Part shown: one piece after another, positions 18,544-27,458 of the stretch
Position numbering within the stretch: position 1 is the stretch's first letter
Layout: each line of letters begins with the position of its first letter
Source of the DNA: Nanobdellota archaeon
Lineage (GTDB): Archaea; Nanobdellota; Nanobdellia; Woesearchaeales; JAHWHD01
Length of the DNA stretch: 35,857 bases
Reading direction: 5' to 3'
Assembly (NCBI GenBank): GCA_034722435.1
Contig: JAYENX010000023.1
Span: forward strand, 6,053-41,909
The notes under the pieces: generated by a model
What the model was told of the DNA's origin: nothing
Database searches by the model: none
What the model saw: only the letters and a program-made list of their open reading frames with translations
Translations under genes and position numbers: made by a program

Positions 18544-18999
18544 TTATTCTATGTAAAGTCTTAACCTTTTAGGATTGTACTTCCAGTCAGCAGGTAACTT
18601 ACCCGTCTTTTTATAGTACTTAGCAAGCCGGTTAATCTTTGAATCTGTAAGCTGCATACCGTGTTTAGCGGATTTATCCTGTTTATTCTCATCAAGATGT
18701 TTCCTTACAGCGATAGCTTTCTTCATCAGAGCCATAAGATCTTCAGGTATGTCTTTCAAAAGCTTTTTTTCATCTAAAACTCTTGAAATCTTTTTCTTCA
18801 TTAAAGATTTTATGTCAGGTATACCATATGTATCACGTAATACCATACCAACCTGTGAAGGAGTATTGCCTTCTTTTGAAAGTTTCACAATAAGGAGCTC
18901 AACTTCTTTAGGTTTGTAACGTACCCAAGTAGGCACTTGTTTTTTAACAGGTTTTGTTGAACCGCTCTTACCACGATCCCTTGAATGCATTCTTGCTAT
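18544..18999 (-). CDS. rps15: 30S ribosomal protein S15 (uS15), apparent ATA start
   Basis: (M)ARMHSRDRGKSGS...LRDTYGIPD...IPEDL...HLDENKQDKSAKHGMQLTDSKINRLAKYYK. SD GGTGA lies 5 nt before an ATA codon at the position of the conserved Met; the longer ORF-track start at 19077 is not supported. Confidence 0.93.
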   Translation of the reverse strand: MARMHSRDRGKSGSTKPVKKQVPTWVRYKPKEVELLIVKLSKEGNTPSQVGMVLRDTYGIPDIKSLMKKKISRVLDEKKLLKDIPEDLMALMKKAIAVRKHLDENKQDKSAKHGMQLTDSKINRLAKYYKKTGKLPADWKYNPKRLRLYIE

Positions 19000-19140
19000 A
19001 TTAATCACCCAATGTGTTAATTTATTTAAGGTATCTTCAAAAAGGAGAATAAACGTTTTTATCTCCAGTATAGTCAAGCCGAGACCGGACTATCCATTGA
19101 ATAGTTACAAGGTCTTAGAACTTGTTTATAAAGATATCGA

Positions 19141-19539
19141 TTATATAGTAACTGACATTGAAGATGTAGGAGCTACCACTTTGTTTTGCCTGAAGTTTTT
19201 AAGCAAAGTGTGTTCTCGCACGTAGTCAATCACGTCCTGAGGTGTCTCGAAAAGATATTGGTAAGATTGAGAGTCTGTACCATTGCTTTCACAAGTTTCA
19301 GGTTCATGATCTCTGCAAATAGTTGGACGAGTAGGGTGTATATCGCAAAGCCCGTCATCTGTTAAAGATTTGCAAGGCGTTTTAAACTCAATTATCCAAT
19401 CATCTTCATGGTCAATGTACACAGTAACATTATGATGCATGATGTACCAGATAATGTTTTCAAAATCTTTAGTTTCTTCAGGAGTATCAATCTGTAAAGA
19501 GACGTACTTACAACAGTTTGAACATTTTTTGCATGTCAT
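19141..19539 (-). CDS. YkgJ family cysteine-cluster protein
   Basis: CKKCSNCC...CKSL...LCDIHPTRPTICR pattern. Confidence 0.85.
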   Translation of the reverse strand: MTCKKCSNCCKYVSLQIDTPEETKDFENIIWYIMHHNVTVYIDHEDDWIIEFKTPCKSLTDDGLCDIHPTRPTICRDHEPETCESNGTDSQSYQYLFETPQDVIDYVREHTLLKNFRQNKVVAPTSSMSVTI

Positions 19540-19584
19540 TTTTAAGAGAAAGAGAATTTGAAAATAGTCATATTTAAAGTTTTC

Positions 19585-21003
19585 TTATAATGTCTTAACC
19601 ATCTTGTTCTTGATTTCTTTGATTGCAGTCTTAAGCAAGTCGTTCTGGGCCTTGATGAATTCAGAATGTTTAATATGTATCTTTAAAAGGTGGATATGGT
19701 CATCAACATCGAACAGTGCAGGATTGTAAGTTTGTTTAGGATCAAGTTTAAGTTTTTTAGTATAATATGCCTCGGCCTTTTTCAAAGCACCGTGCTTGTA
19801 ATAAAAATCTGCAATTGATTGAAACAAGATTTCTTTATGTTTAAGATGTTTACCCGATAATTTCTTAATCAAAGATTTTGCTCGTTTTGAATCTTTCTTT
19901 GAAAGATATTCAATCTCTTCCTTGATTACTTTAGGATCGTTATTCATCTTTTTTTCAAGAGTTTTAAGTCTTTTTTTAGCAGGAGCGAGCTTCCCCCCAA
20001 GTATAAGGTTATGGATACCGAAAAGGTATGAATTTTTTAGAAATAATTTTTCGTCGGAAGATTGTGCTTTCTGTCTCTGAAGAAGTAATCTACTTGCTTC
20101 GTCATACTTAAGAAGTGCTTGACGTTTTCGTTTATGTTTCACTAAATAACGACCCCACTCGTAAAGGTTCCTGCTTTCGCAAAATCTAATAGCGAGATGA
20201 ATATCGTAAAGTGTAGTGTTAGGGTTTTTGACTGAAGTTAAAGTGTTGAGGGCAGATTTAAAAACGCGGTCCGCCTCCTCATAGTTTCGCCTGTTAAGAT
20301 TTTTAATACCATCAAAAAGCATAGCGATATAGATTATGTAATGTATAAGAGTTCCAAAATCTGAGCTGGCGTGCCTGATAAGTTCAGATTCGAGATCTAT
20401 CTTGTAAATCTCTTTTGAAAGTAAACGTTCTTTTATTTTCTCGTAGAAAGACATTTTAGGTTCCCTATAAAAGTCGAACTTAGGCTCAATATATACGGCG
20501 TCTTTTGAATCGTACTTTGCAGTGCCCCATATAAGAATGTTAGCTTTTAATCGTTTAACAAGAGTTTTTGCATTATTCTCGTTTACTTTTATTCTTCTAG
20601 GAAGATTTACAATGCTAATATATTTTTCAAAATTAAGGCGGTTTTTATGGTTATGTAGAGCGTTCATAAAATATTTAAGAAGTTCATCTTCGAGAATCAT
20701 CTTTTCCTCGCCACCTATATGTTTATGGATATCTAAAGAAAGGATATGAAAGTTTGCCAAAGCAATCGAAATCCTGTTCTTTGGAAACTTAATATGCCTA
20801 TGAAATAACCAAAATATTATTGTTAAGGTTGCCACGGAACCAAAAGTTAGCATATGGTATTGAGCGTAATTTATGAAAACTTCGTTAAATAAATAGCCAA
20901 GAATTACTAGTTCAGATATTAAGAATACAATTAGACCAAGGAAAGTATCACTTTCATTCCTAACAAAATCCTTTAACTGGTCTATCACCTCTGAGATATC
21001 CAC
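19585..21003 (-). CDS. Membrane protein with TPR-like repeats
   Basis: Two N-terminal TM segments; helical repeats such as YEEADRVFKSAL and AEAYYTKKLKLDP; GTG start. Confidence 0.65.
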   Translation of the reverse strand: MDISEVIDQLKDFVRNESDTFLGLIVFLISELVILGYLFNEVFINYAQYHMLTFGSVATLTIIFWLFHRHIKFPKNRISIALANFHILSLDIHKHIGGEEKMILEDELLKYFMNALHNHKNRLNFEKYISIVNLPRRIKVNENNAKTLVKRLKANILIWGTAKYDSKDAVYIEPKFDFYREPKMSFYEKIKERLLSKEIYKIDLESELIRHASSDFGTLIHYIIYIAMLFDGIKNLNRRNYEEADRVFKSALNTLTSVKNPNTTLYDIHLAIRFCESRNLYEWGRYLVKHKRKRQALLKYDEASRLLLQRQKAQSSDEKLFLKNSYLFGIHNLILGGKLAPAKKRLKTLEKKMNNDPKVIKEEIEYLSKKDSKRAKSLIKKLSGKHLKHKEILFQSIADFYYKHGALKKAEAYYTKKLKLDPKQTYNPALFDVDDHIHLLKIHIKHSEFIKAQNDLLKTAIKEIKNKMVKTL

Positions 21004-21076
21004 GAGTTTATTTATATATAAATAGTTTATAAATGTTATTATTATAAGGAGTTAAATTTGTGTTAGTTGTGGATTT

Positions 21077-21204
21077 GTTTCACTCGTATCTTAAAGCAGA
21101 GTCGCTTTGTTCCTAGCTTCAAGATTCTCGTTTCACTCGTATCTTAAAGCAGAGTCGCTTTGTTCCTAGCTTCAAGATTCTCGTTTCACTCGTATCTTAA
21201 AGCA
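21077..21204. repeat. 53-bp tandem repeat (about 2.4 copies) duplicating the permease gene 3' end
   Basis: Unit gtttcactcgtatcttaaagcagagtcgctttgttcctagcttcaagattctc at 21077-21129 and 21130-21182 (identical), plus a partial copy at 21183-21204 overlapping the stop codon. Confidence 0.95.
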
Positions 21205-22436
21205 TCTACAGGTTTTAATCTTGAAGCGCGGTACGCAGGGATTGCTCCAGCAATCATCCCAATCACTATCGAAAAAACAAATGCGAAAATTAAAAGTTCA
21301 GGAGTTAGAGCTGTTGAACCGAACATTCTGGAGATTCCTCCACCAGTACCGCCCCCAATCAACAGACCTATGTAACCAGATGCTACAGAGCCTAGAATAA
21401 CTCCGCCGAGACCGCCAACAAACCCAATCATTCCAGAATTGAACAAGAATATTAACATGATATCCACATTCTTTGCACCTATAGCTTTCATAATGCCTAT
21501 CTCTTTAGTTTTTTCAAGAACAGCAGTAAACATAGTGTTAGATATACCAACAGCGCCAACAACTAAAGAAATGGCAGCAATTGCGCCTAAAAAGATCGCC
21601 ATCATGTTTAGAGTTTCAGTTATAGTAGTTTGAAGTTCTAAGGAAGATGAAACTGAAAAGTCGCGTTCATCTTCTCTAAGTATCCCTCTAGAGAGCATAA
21701 GTTTTTTCTCAATTATTGCAGAAGTATCATTAACTGTATCCGCATCTTCAACTTGCACAGTTATAGAATCAAAATCGTCATCCCCTACATCGTCTAAGAC
21801 AGATCTTGCAGCAGTCATAGGAATGATAACTGCCCGATCATTTTCGCCTTCTGCAAATATTCCGACAACTTTGAAGATTCTTCCTTCAATAGTAATTTGA
21901 CGATTTATTTGTACCTCTTTATCGAAGTAAGATGTTGCTTGGGTATAGCCAAGAATAACTGCAAACTGGTCAGAGGTTGTCAAATAACGACCAGATTTAA
22001 GTTTGTCAGTTGTTATATCTTTCCAGACTTCGGTATCGACTCCGGTTACAGTAAGTTCGCCGGTTTCGCCAAGATATGCGACTTCGCTACTTTCAGAAAT
22101 CTGGCCCATAACAAATTTCACATTAGGAATAGTTTTTAGTGCAAGAACATCTTTATCACTAAGATCTTCCTGATCGGCCGCATTAGCACTAGAACTGCCG
22201 CTCCCACCACCCATACGAAAACTAGATGCTCGTGAAAAACCAGGTGTAACAGTTATAATATCCGCACCTAAATCTCCGAACCGTTCAGCCAAAGATTGTT
22301 GAGCTCCCTGGCTTATAGAAACAATAGAAACAACAGAAGCTATACCTATAACTATACCAAGAATAGTTAACCAGCTCCGTAGTTTACTATGTACTAAAAT
22401 GTTCCATGCAAGTTCAAAAGATTTACTTAACCTCAT
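21186..22436 (-). CDS. MacB/FtsX family ABC transporter permease
   Basis: LRSWLTILGIVIGIASVV, periplasmic-type domain, EKTKEIGIMKAIGA, PAYRASRLKPVDALRYE. Confidence 0.95.
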   Translation of the reverse strand: MRLSKSFELAWNILVHSKLRSWLTILGIVIGIASVVSIVSISQGAQQSLAERFGDLGADIITVTPGFSRASSFRMGGGSGSSSANAADQEDLSDKDVLALKTIPNVKFVMGQISESSEVAYLGETGELTVTGVDTEVWKDITTDKLKSGRYLTTSDQFAVILGYTQATSYFDKEVQINRQITIEGRIFKVVGIFAEGENDRAVIIPMTAARSVLDDVGDDDFDSITVQVEDADTVNDTSAIIEKKLMLSRGILREDERDFSVSSSLELQTTITETLNMMAIFLGAIAAISLVVGAVGISNTMFTAVLEKTKEIGIMKAIGAKNVDIMLIFLFNSGMIGFVGGLGGVILGSVASGYIGLLIGGGTGGGISRMFGSTALTPELLIFAFVFSIVIGMIAGAIPAYRASRLKPVDALRYE

Positions 22437-23443
22437 TTTTTGTTTTTAGAAGCCCTATGTTTCTCTTGTTCCTTTTCTTCTTTTCTTTGAGAATATACTT
22501 TGAAAAGTTTGTTAAAGATTAAAAGTATGACCACTACAACGCCCCAGAACCAAATTTCTTGGTAAATAGGTATATCGGATTGTGTCATACTGCTCTTTCG
22601 TTGAGTTACAAATTCTTCTTTTGATAGTCCTTCAGGAATTATTGTACCATCAGAAAGTGTAACGATTGATTTGTAGTTTAAAGTTTTAAGAAATGTTCTT
22701 CTCTCGCCTAAAGTATCAGTATAATCTATTTGGATATCTAAAGGAAGTTCGCCAGATTCTTTTGTAGTACGTTTAGTTTGGATATTGAAAGCAACTAAAG
22801 TATAATCGCCATCTTCAAGGTTACCAACCATTTGGCCATCCGTGCCAACTATTTCAAAATATTCTTGCTCAGGAACTCGCACTATAACAGAATACGCTTC
22901 GTTTTTGCCAGTGTTTGCAAGTGCAATCACAATCTCTGCACCGTTAATTTCCTGGATTACAAAATCAAAATCAGTCTGAGCATCTTCTACTTCAATATTA
23001 AAAGTTTTAATGGCCCAAGCGTCATTAGAAGTTACAGTATCATCTCTAAATTTAAACTCAATCTCATTAGTACCTTCAACTGCATCTTTGTCAACTCTAA
23101 CCTTATACTCAAGAACAATAGGTTCAGAATCAATCTGGCCGTATTTTCTAACAGATTCTTCGTTTAAATCGAGTGAAAAAGGATATTTAGCAATAAGTTC
23201 GAATATTGCATTTTCAGTCATAACATTCCCGGTGTTCTCTATCTTGACCCACATAGTGAAATATTCGCCAGGGTTAACGGGATAAGGTTCGTATTTTATT
23301 TGTTGTACTTGAAGATGTGAAAAATCGTATTTCCCGCCCCAAGTTTCGTACACTGTGTAATTAGTTTCAGTACTTTCTGCCAAGACTAAACTTGAAAAGA
23401 TAATCATAGCAAATATTGTTAAAAATAGTATTGATTTTTTCAT
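22433..23443 (-). CDS. COG1361-like (S-layer domain) surface protein
   Basis: Signal peptide, YEPYPVNPGE...VKIENTG, Ig-like beta repeats, C-terminal TM anchor plus basic tail; typical partner of MacB-type ABC pairs in archaea. Confidence 0.75.
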   Translation of the reverse strand: MKKSILFLTIFAMIIFSSLVLAESTETNYTVYETWGGKYDFSHLQVQQIKYEPYPVNPGEYFTMWVKIENTGNVMTENAIFELIAKYPFSLDLNEESVRKYGQIDSEPIVLEYKVRVDKDAVEGTNEIEFKFRDDTVTSNDAWAIKTFNIEVEDAQTDFDFVIQEINGAEIVIALANTGKNEAYSVIVRVPEQEYFEIVGTDGQMVGNLEDGDYTLVAFNIQTKRTTKESGELPLDIQIDYTDTLGERRTFLKTLNYKSIVTLSDGTIIPEGLSKEEFVTQRKSSMTQSDIPIYQEIWFWGVVVVILLIFNKLFKVYSQRKEEKEQEKHRASKNKK

Positions 23444-23449
23444 TTCGTA

Positions 23450-24154
23450 TCACCCGTGTTTAGTATCTTTAATTATAATTCCGTCTTTCAAATAGACAAC
23501 TCGTTTTGCGTATTTTATTAAATGAGTATCGTGAGTGATAAGGATTACAGTTTTTCCCTTATCGCGATTAAGTTTACCCAGAAAGTCCATGACAAAAGTG
23601 CCTGTTTTACTGTCAAGGTTCCCAGTTGGTTCGTCTGCCAAGATAATTTCAGGATCGTTAGCAAGAGCTCTTGCAATTGCAACACGTTGCTGTTGGCCGC
23701 CTGAAAGTTCACCAGGTTTATGATGTATCCTGTCTCCAAGTCCGAGTACTTCCAAAAGTTCGCGAGCTTTACTTTTTGCCAAAGCAGGAGATGATTCTAT
23801 AAATTCCATAGGCAGCATTACATTTTGTAAAGCGCTTAAAGTAGGTATAAGATTAAACTGTTGAAAAATGAAACCAATAGTTTTACCTCTTAACACTGCA
23901 AGAGACGATTCGCGCATCTTTGAAACATCTTTATCTTTAAGGTAAACAAAACCTTCACTGGGTACATCTAGTGCTCCAACAATGTTCATCATAGTAGATT
24001 TACCTGAACCGCTAGGGCCCGTAATAGCTAAAAAGTCGCCTTCGTTAACCTCTAGATTAATCTTTTTCAGTACAGTAATCTTACCAGCTTTGCCCATGCT
24101 ATAAGATTTCCAGACATTGTCTAATTGTAAAAGAGTTTCGGATGTCATAGTCAT
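23450..24154 (-). CDS. ABC transporter ATP-binding protein (LolD/MacB type)
   Basis: GPSGSGKST, LSGGQQQRVAIARAL, ILADEPTGNLD, ITHD. Confidence 0.96.
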   Translation of the reverse strand: MTMTSETLLQLDNVWKSYSMGKAGKITVLKKINLEVNEGDFLAITGPSGSGKSTMMNIVGALDVPSEGFVYLKDKDVSKMRESSLAVLRGKTIGFIFQQFNLIPTLSALQNVMLPMEFIESSPALAKSKARELLEVLGLGDRIHHKPGELSGGQQQRVAIARALANDPEIILADEPTGNLDSKTGTFVMDFLGKLNRDKGKTVILITHDTHLIKYAKRVVYLKDGIIIKDTKHG

Positions 24155-24267
24155 AAGTATTAAATTAGAGAGATTAATGTATTTTTACTTTATAAATTAA
24201 GTGGATTTAAAATCCATTTTTATAAATAGTAATTATTTATTTCACTTTAACAAAAAAATAAAAAAAA

Positions 24268-24804
24268 TTATACTCTTCCTTTTCTTTGTCCAAGGTTGTC
24301 GCAGTTACCATCATTGTTTGCATCAATAAAATTGTTTTGTTGCATTCTTTGACCCTGACCTGCGCCCTGTCCCTTAGCCGAACCAGTTCCTTTACCGTAA
24401 CCTGAACCGTCTTTAGGACCCATACCGTTGTTTAAACCAAGCTCTGCTCTTAACATTGCAGCTGTTTCGTGGTCTCCAGCCATTCCTGCTTCGTGAGCTT
24501 TAACAAAGGTTTCAAAGTTTTCTTCTGTCACAAGTTCTAGAACTCTAGGAGTTCTCCCACTAGCAGTCATTGACTCGTACCAAGTATTGTAGTCTAAATC
24601 TGCAAATGCTTGTTCCATTATTGCATGTCTTTCTTCAGTATAGTCAGGACCTTTTACAGAGTAATCTCCCCTGTAAGCGCTAACAATGCTTGTTGAAAAT
24701 ATTACTCCAACAATCATAAGTGCTAACAAACCGAATATTGTAGTTTTCCCTGAAACTTTTAGTTTCTGGGACACAAAAAATTTTTTATTTTTTCGTGTTT
24801 TCAT
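24268..24804 (-). CDS. Exported hypothetical protein with Gly-rich tail and EF-hand-like motif
   Basis: Basic N terminus + hydrophobic signal; GxGxG-rich segment; FIDANNDGNCD. Confidence 0.7.
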   Translation of the reverse strand: MKTRKNKKFFVSQKLKVSGKTTIFGLLALMIVGVIFSTSIVSAYRGDYSVKGPDYTEERHAIMEQAFADLDYNTWYESMTASGRTPRVLELVTEENFETFVKAHEAGMAGDHETAAMLRAELGLNNGMGPKDGSGYGKGTGSAKGQGAGQGQRMQQNNFIDANNDGNCDNLGQRKGRV

Positions 24805-24991
24805 TTTTGTGTTCCTCCCTGTTAAGTTTTTAATTTTTATAATCAGTGTTGTTCACTGATACACATATAATGGCCGGAATAGTTTATAAGTAAGAAGAAA
24901 GAAAAATGTATACTTTAAGTCCACATTTTTTATATACATTTAAATATAATTATTAATATTAAAATAGAATAATGTTTTAGGTGAAAAAAAT

Positions 24992-25642
24992 ATGCCAATC
25001 AACCCTTTAAATTTTGCAAGCGAACTTATCTATACTACCATAGTTGTAATCTTATGTTGGTTTGTATATTATAAAACTAAAGAAATATATGCCCTTTCAA
25101 AGTATCAAGGGATTAAATATTTTCGTACGTCGTTCTTATTATTTGGTTTAGCGTACTTAACAAGGTTTGTATTTCATATTTTCAAAATTAGTATAGGAAA
25201 TATAAGTTTCCAGTTTAATCGAGAGATATTTTTTCCGTCAATGTTGGTTGTTACAGCGTACCTAAGTACAATGGCAATCTTTTATCTCGCATATAGCACG
25301 GTATGGAAACGGATAAAGTATAAACATTTCTTAATATTTGCAAATTTGATTGCAATCATCGTAGCAGTAGTATCGTGGACAAGCAAGTCGCCGTTCATAA
25401 TAATGTTAGTTCAATTACCGTTACTGATATTTACGTTAGTAGCAATATTGTTGAAACATCGAAAAAAGAAGAAGTCTAATGCTAGAACATTATATTTTTT
25501 AATCACATTATTCTGGCTAGTTAATCTTTACCTTCTAGGACCGAAATGGAGGATAGTGTTCGAGATGCGAATAATATTGCAAGTGTTATCGCTAGTAGTA
25601 TTTAGCATGTTAATATATAAAGTTACAAAGTGGATAAAATGA
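24992..25642 (+). CDS. Polytopic membrane protein (7TM sensor-like)
   Basis: About seven hydrophobic helices; stop codon overlaps the start of the downstream wHTH gene (ATGA). Confidence 0.7.
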   Translation: MPINPLNFASELIYTTIVVILCWFVYYKTKEIYALSKYQGIKYFRTSFLLFGLAYLTRFVFHIFKISIGNISFQFNREIFFPSMLVVTAYLSTMAIFYLAYSTVWKRIKYKHFLIFANLIAIIVAVVSWTSKSPFIIMLVQLPLLIFTLVAILLKHRKKKKSNARTLYFLITLFWLVNLYLLGPKWRIVFEMRIILQVLSLVVFSMLIYKVTKWIK

Positions 25643-25914
25643 GTCGAAAAAGAGAGAGGTTAGAGGTAATGCATGATGTGTTAAAGATTATTAGAGAGCA
25701 TCATAATTCGATAAAGCCAACACCTTTGCTTAGATATTCTAACCTGTCATCATCAAGTTTTACCGAATATTTTAAAGAGTTAAAAGCGAAAGAACTTATC
25801 AAAGAAATGGTAGATAAAAAAGGAAAAAAGTTTATCACGCTTACTGATAAAGGGTTTAAGTTCTTGGAAAAGTATAGAGTTATTCTCGGGTTCATTGATG
25901 AGTTCGATCTTTGA
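25639..25914 (+). CDS. Archaeal winged-helix transcriptional regulator
   Basis: RERLEVMHDVL...KPTPLLRYSNLS...YFKEL....LI........TDKGFKFL; ATG at 25639 preferred over GTG at 25630 because of the ATGA overlap. Confidence 0.85.
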   Translation: MSRKRERLEVMHDVLKIIREHHNSIKPTPLLRYSNLSSSSFTEYFKELKAKELIKEMVDKKGKKFITLTDKGFKFLEKYRVILGFIDEFDL

Positions 25915-25932
25915 GATTTAGAAGTTATGTAT

Positions 25933-26047
25933 AAAGTATCTCGCTCAAGGTTATCAAATAAAAATTCTAACAAATTACAATCAACCACTTCCACTTGTAT
26001 TAATCAATAGGTAACGCTTTCGCTGGCCAAAATATTAGGGGCACTTT
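25933..26047. other. About 115-nt intergenic element with terminal stem (family with 33943-34056)
   Basis: Ends aaagt.tctc / gggg.acttt can pair; contains ctggccaaaatattagg near the 3' end. Confidence 0.35.
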
Positions 26048-26101
26048 CTATTATCCAAGCTTATGAATAAATATAAATAATAGAAGTTCTTGTTAAATAA
26101 A

Positions 26102-26668
26102 ATGCAAAAAATAGAGATTGAGCTGAAGTTTGAACTTGATAATAAAAATGAGTTAATCAGTAAACTGAATAAAATGGCAGAGTTTGTTACTGAAACTGAT
26201 GAAAGAGATACGTATTACGTGCCTGCACATAAGAATTTCTTAAGCGTATATCCTGTTAGAGAATGGTTGAGGATTCGCAAGACTGGTGATAAAGTTCAAC
26301 TGAACTATAAAGATTGGCACCATACAAAAACGTGTAAAGCCATATCGTGCGACGAACTTGAGAGCGATGTCTCAGACGGCGAGGCTGTGAAAAGTATTTT
26401 GGAAAGGTTAGATTTTAAAGAAATTGTAGTTGTTGATAAATTCAGAAAGTATTGGAAGTTTAAAGATTTGATTATACAAATAGATACTGTTAAAGAGTTA
26501 GGAGATTTTCTCGAAGTCGAAGCAGATAAAGAGTTTAGTTCTATAGACGAGGCAAAAAAGTATATCTTACAAGTAGTAGAAGAGTTAGGCGTGGATACAT
26601 CTAAGGAAGTAAGAAAAGGGTATCCGTTTATGTTCTTAGTTAGAGATGGGATTGTTAAGGAAGAGTAA
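26102..26668 (+). CDS. CYTH domain protein (class IV adenylate cyclase/triphosphatase family)
   Basis: EIELKF (ExExK), ERDTYY, LRIR, VDKFRKYW, IDTVKELGDFLEVE, GY. Confidence 0.92.
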   Translation: MQKIEIELKFELDNKNELISKLNKMAEFVTETDERDTYYVPAHKNFLSVYPVREWLRIRKTGDKVQLNYKDWHHTKTCKAISCDELESDVSDGEAVKSILERLDFKEIVVVDKFRKYWKFKDLIIQIDTVKELGDFLEVEADKEFSSIDEAKKYILQVVEELGVDTSKEVRKGYPFMFLVRDGIVKEE

Positions 26669-26728
26669 AAATGTACGTGTGAAAAGTTATAGAAATCTTT
26701 AGATATTTAAAAAATAAGAATTAAATAT

Positions 26729-27169
26729 ATGAAAAATATAATGGACCTAGATAACAATGTACGTGGCCAGATTTGTGAGGAGTTAGCAAAACATTATATT
26801 TGTTTAGCGATAAGGTGTAAATATGTTGATTCTAAAGTTATTGATAATTGGAAAATAAATCAAGAACAGAAAGCATTTATCAAAAAATATTGGAAGTATA
26901 TAGACATAATTAGATTTAACAATCACAAACAAATTGTTGACATCTACGAAATAAAGAGTAGGAAATTTCAGCATATATCTTGGAAAACACATTCTATTTC
27001 TGAATTCATGTTAAAATTGTATAAAGAAGCAATTCGATTAGGAATGAAAATTAAAGTTTTTAATATTGAATTACATGAAAATTGGAACTTTGATTTTACT
27101 GTTAAAGAATTCTCGGAATCAGACTTTGCAGTCAGTGTAAAAAGGGGACAGCGGTTCAGTAGACGATAG
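26729..27169 (+). CDS. Hypothetical protein, PD-(D/E)XK nuclease-like
   Basis: GQICE...YIDII...VDIYEIKS resembles the E...D...EIK restriction-fold motif. Confidence 0.5.
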   Translation: MKNIMDLDNNVRGQICEELAKHYICLAIRCKYVDSKVIDNWKINQEQKAFIKKYWKYIDIIRFNNHKQIVDIYEIKSRKFQHISWKTHSISEFMLKLYKEAIRLGMKIKVFNIELHENWNFDFTVKEFSESDFAVSVKRGQRFSRR

Positions 27170-27225
27170 CGCGAGGGCTAGAAAGGTATAATTTATTCTG
27201 ATAAAATAATAAAAGAAAATAAAAA

Positions 27226-27415
27226 TAGCCCCGCGCGGACTTTCGATGAATCACACTTGAAAGAGTGCACGAGGCACGTAGTGGATCAAATTGAGCTCAT
27301 TTCGAACCGCGGTCCCCGGATATCTTTAGGTACAACCTAAAAAGGGATGTAGTCTTCCAAAGTCCGAGATGATTGGCCACTACATTCCGCGAAGCTTTTG
27401 CTTCTCTACGGGGCT
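27226..27415 (-). tRNA. tRNA-Gln(UUG) with three introns (10/11, 37/38, 59/60)
   Basis: Exons 27415-27406, 27384-27357, 27321-27301 and 27239-27226 join to a 73-nt cloverleaf AGCCCCG TA GTGT AGTGGCCAA TCAT C TCGGA CTTTGGA TCCGG GGAC CGCGG TTCGAAT CCGCG CGGGGCT A. Each intron (21, 35, 61 nt) forms a BHB-like motif. CCA is not encoded. Confidence 0.93.
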
Positions 27416-27458
27416 ATAAATGGCCATCTGGACTAATTTAGTAAATTAAATAGCCTAT

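Noticed and set aside
19000-19077. N-terminal extension of uS15 given by the ORF track
   Set aside because: It has no resemblance to uS15, contains an internal SD and hairpins, and lies in the predicted 5' leader.
19075-19095. gccgagaccgga looks like a reversed tRNA 3' end
   Set aside because: No TTCRA T-loop, anticodon arm or matching acceptor strand nearby.
21077-21204. Repeat-spacer-repeat pattern resembling a mini CRISPR array
   Set aside because: The two spacers are identical, the repeat is the permease coding 3' end, and no cas genes are present in the window.
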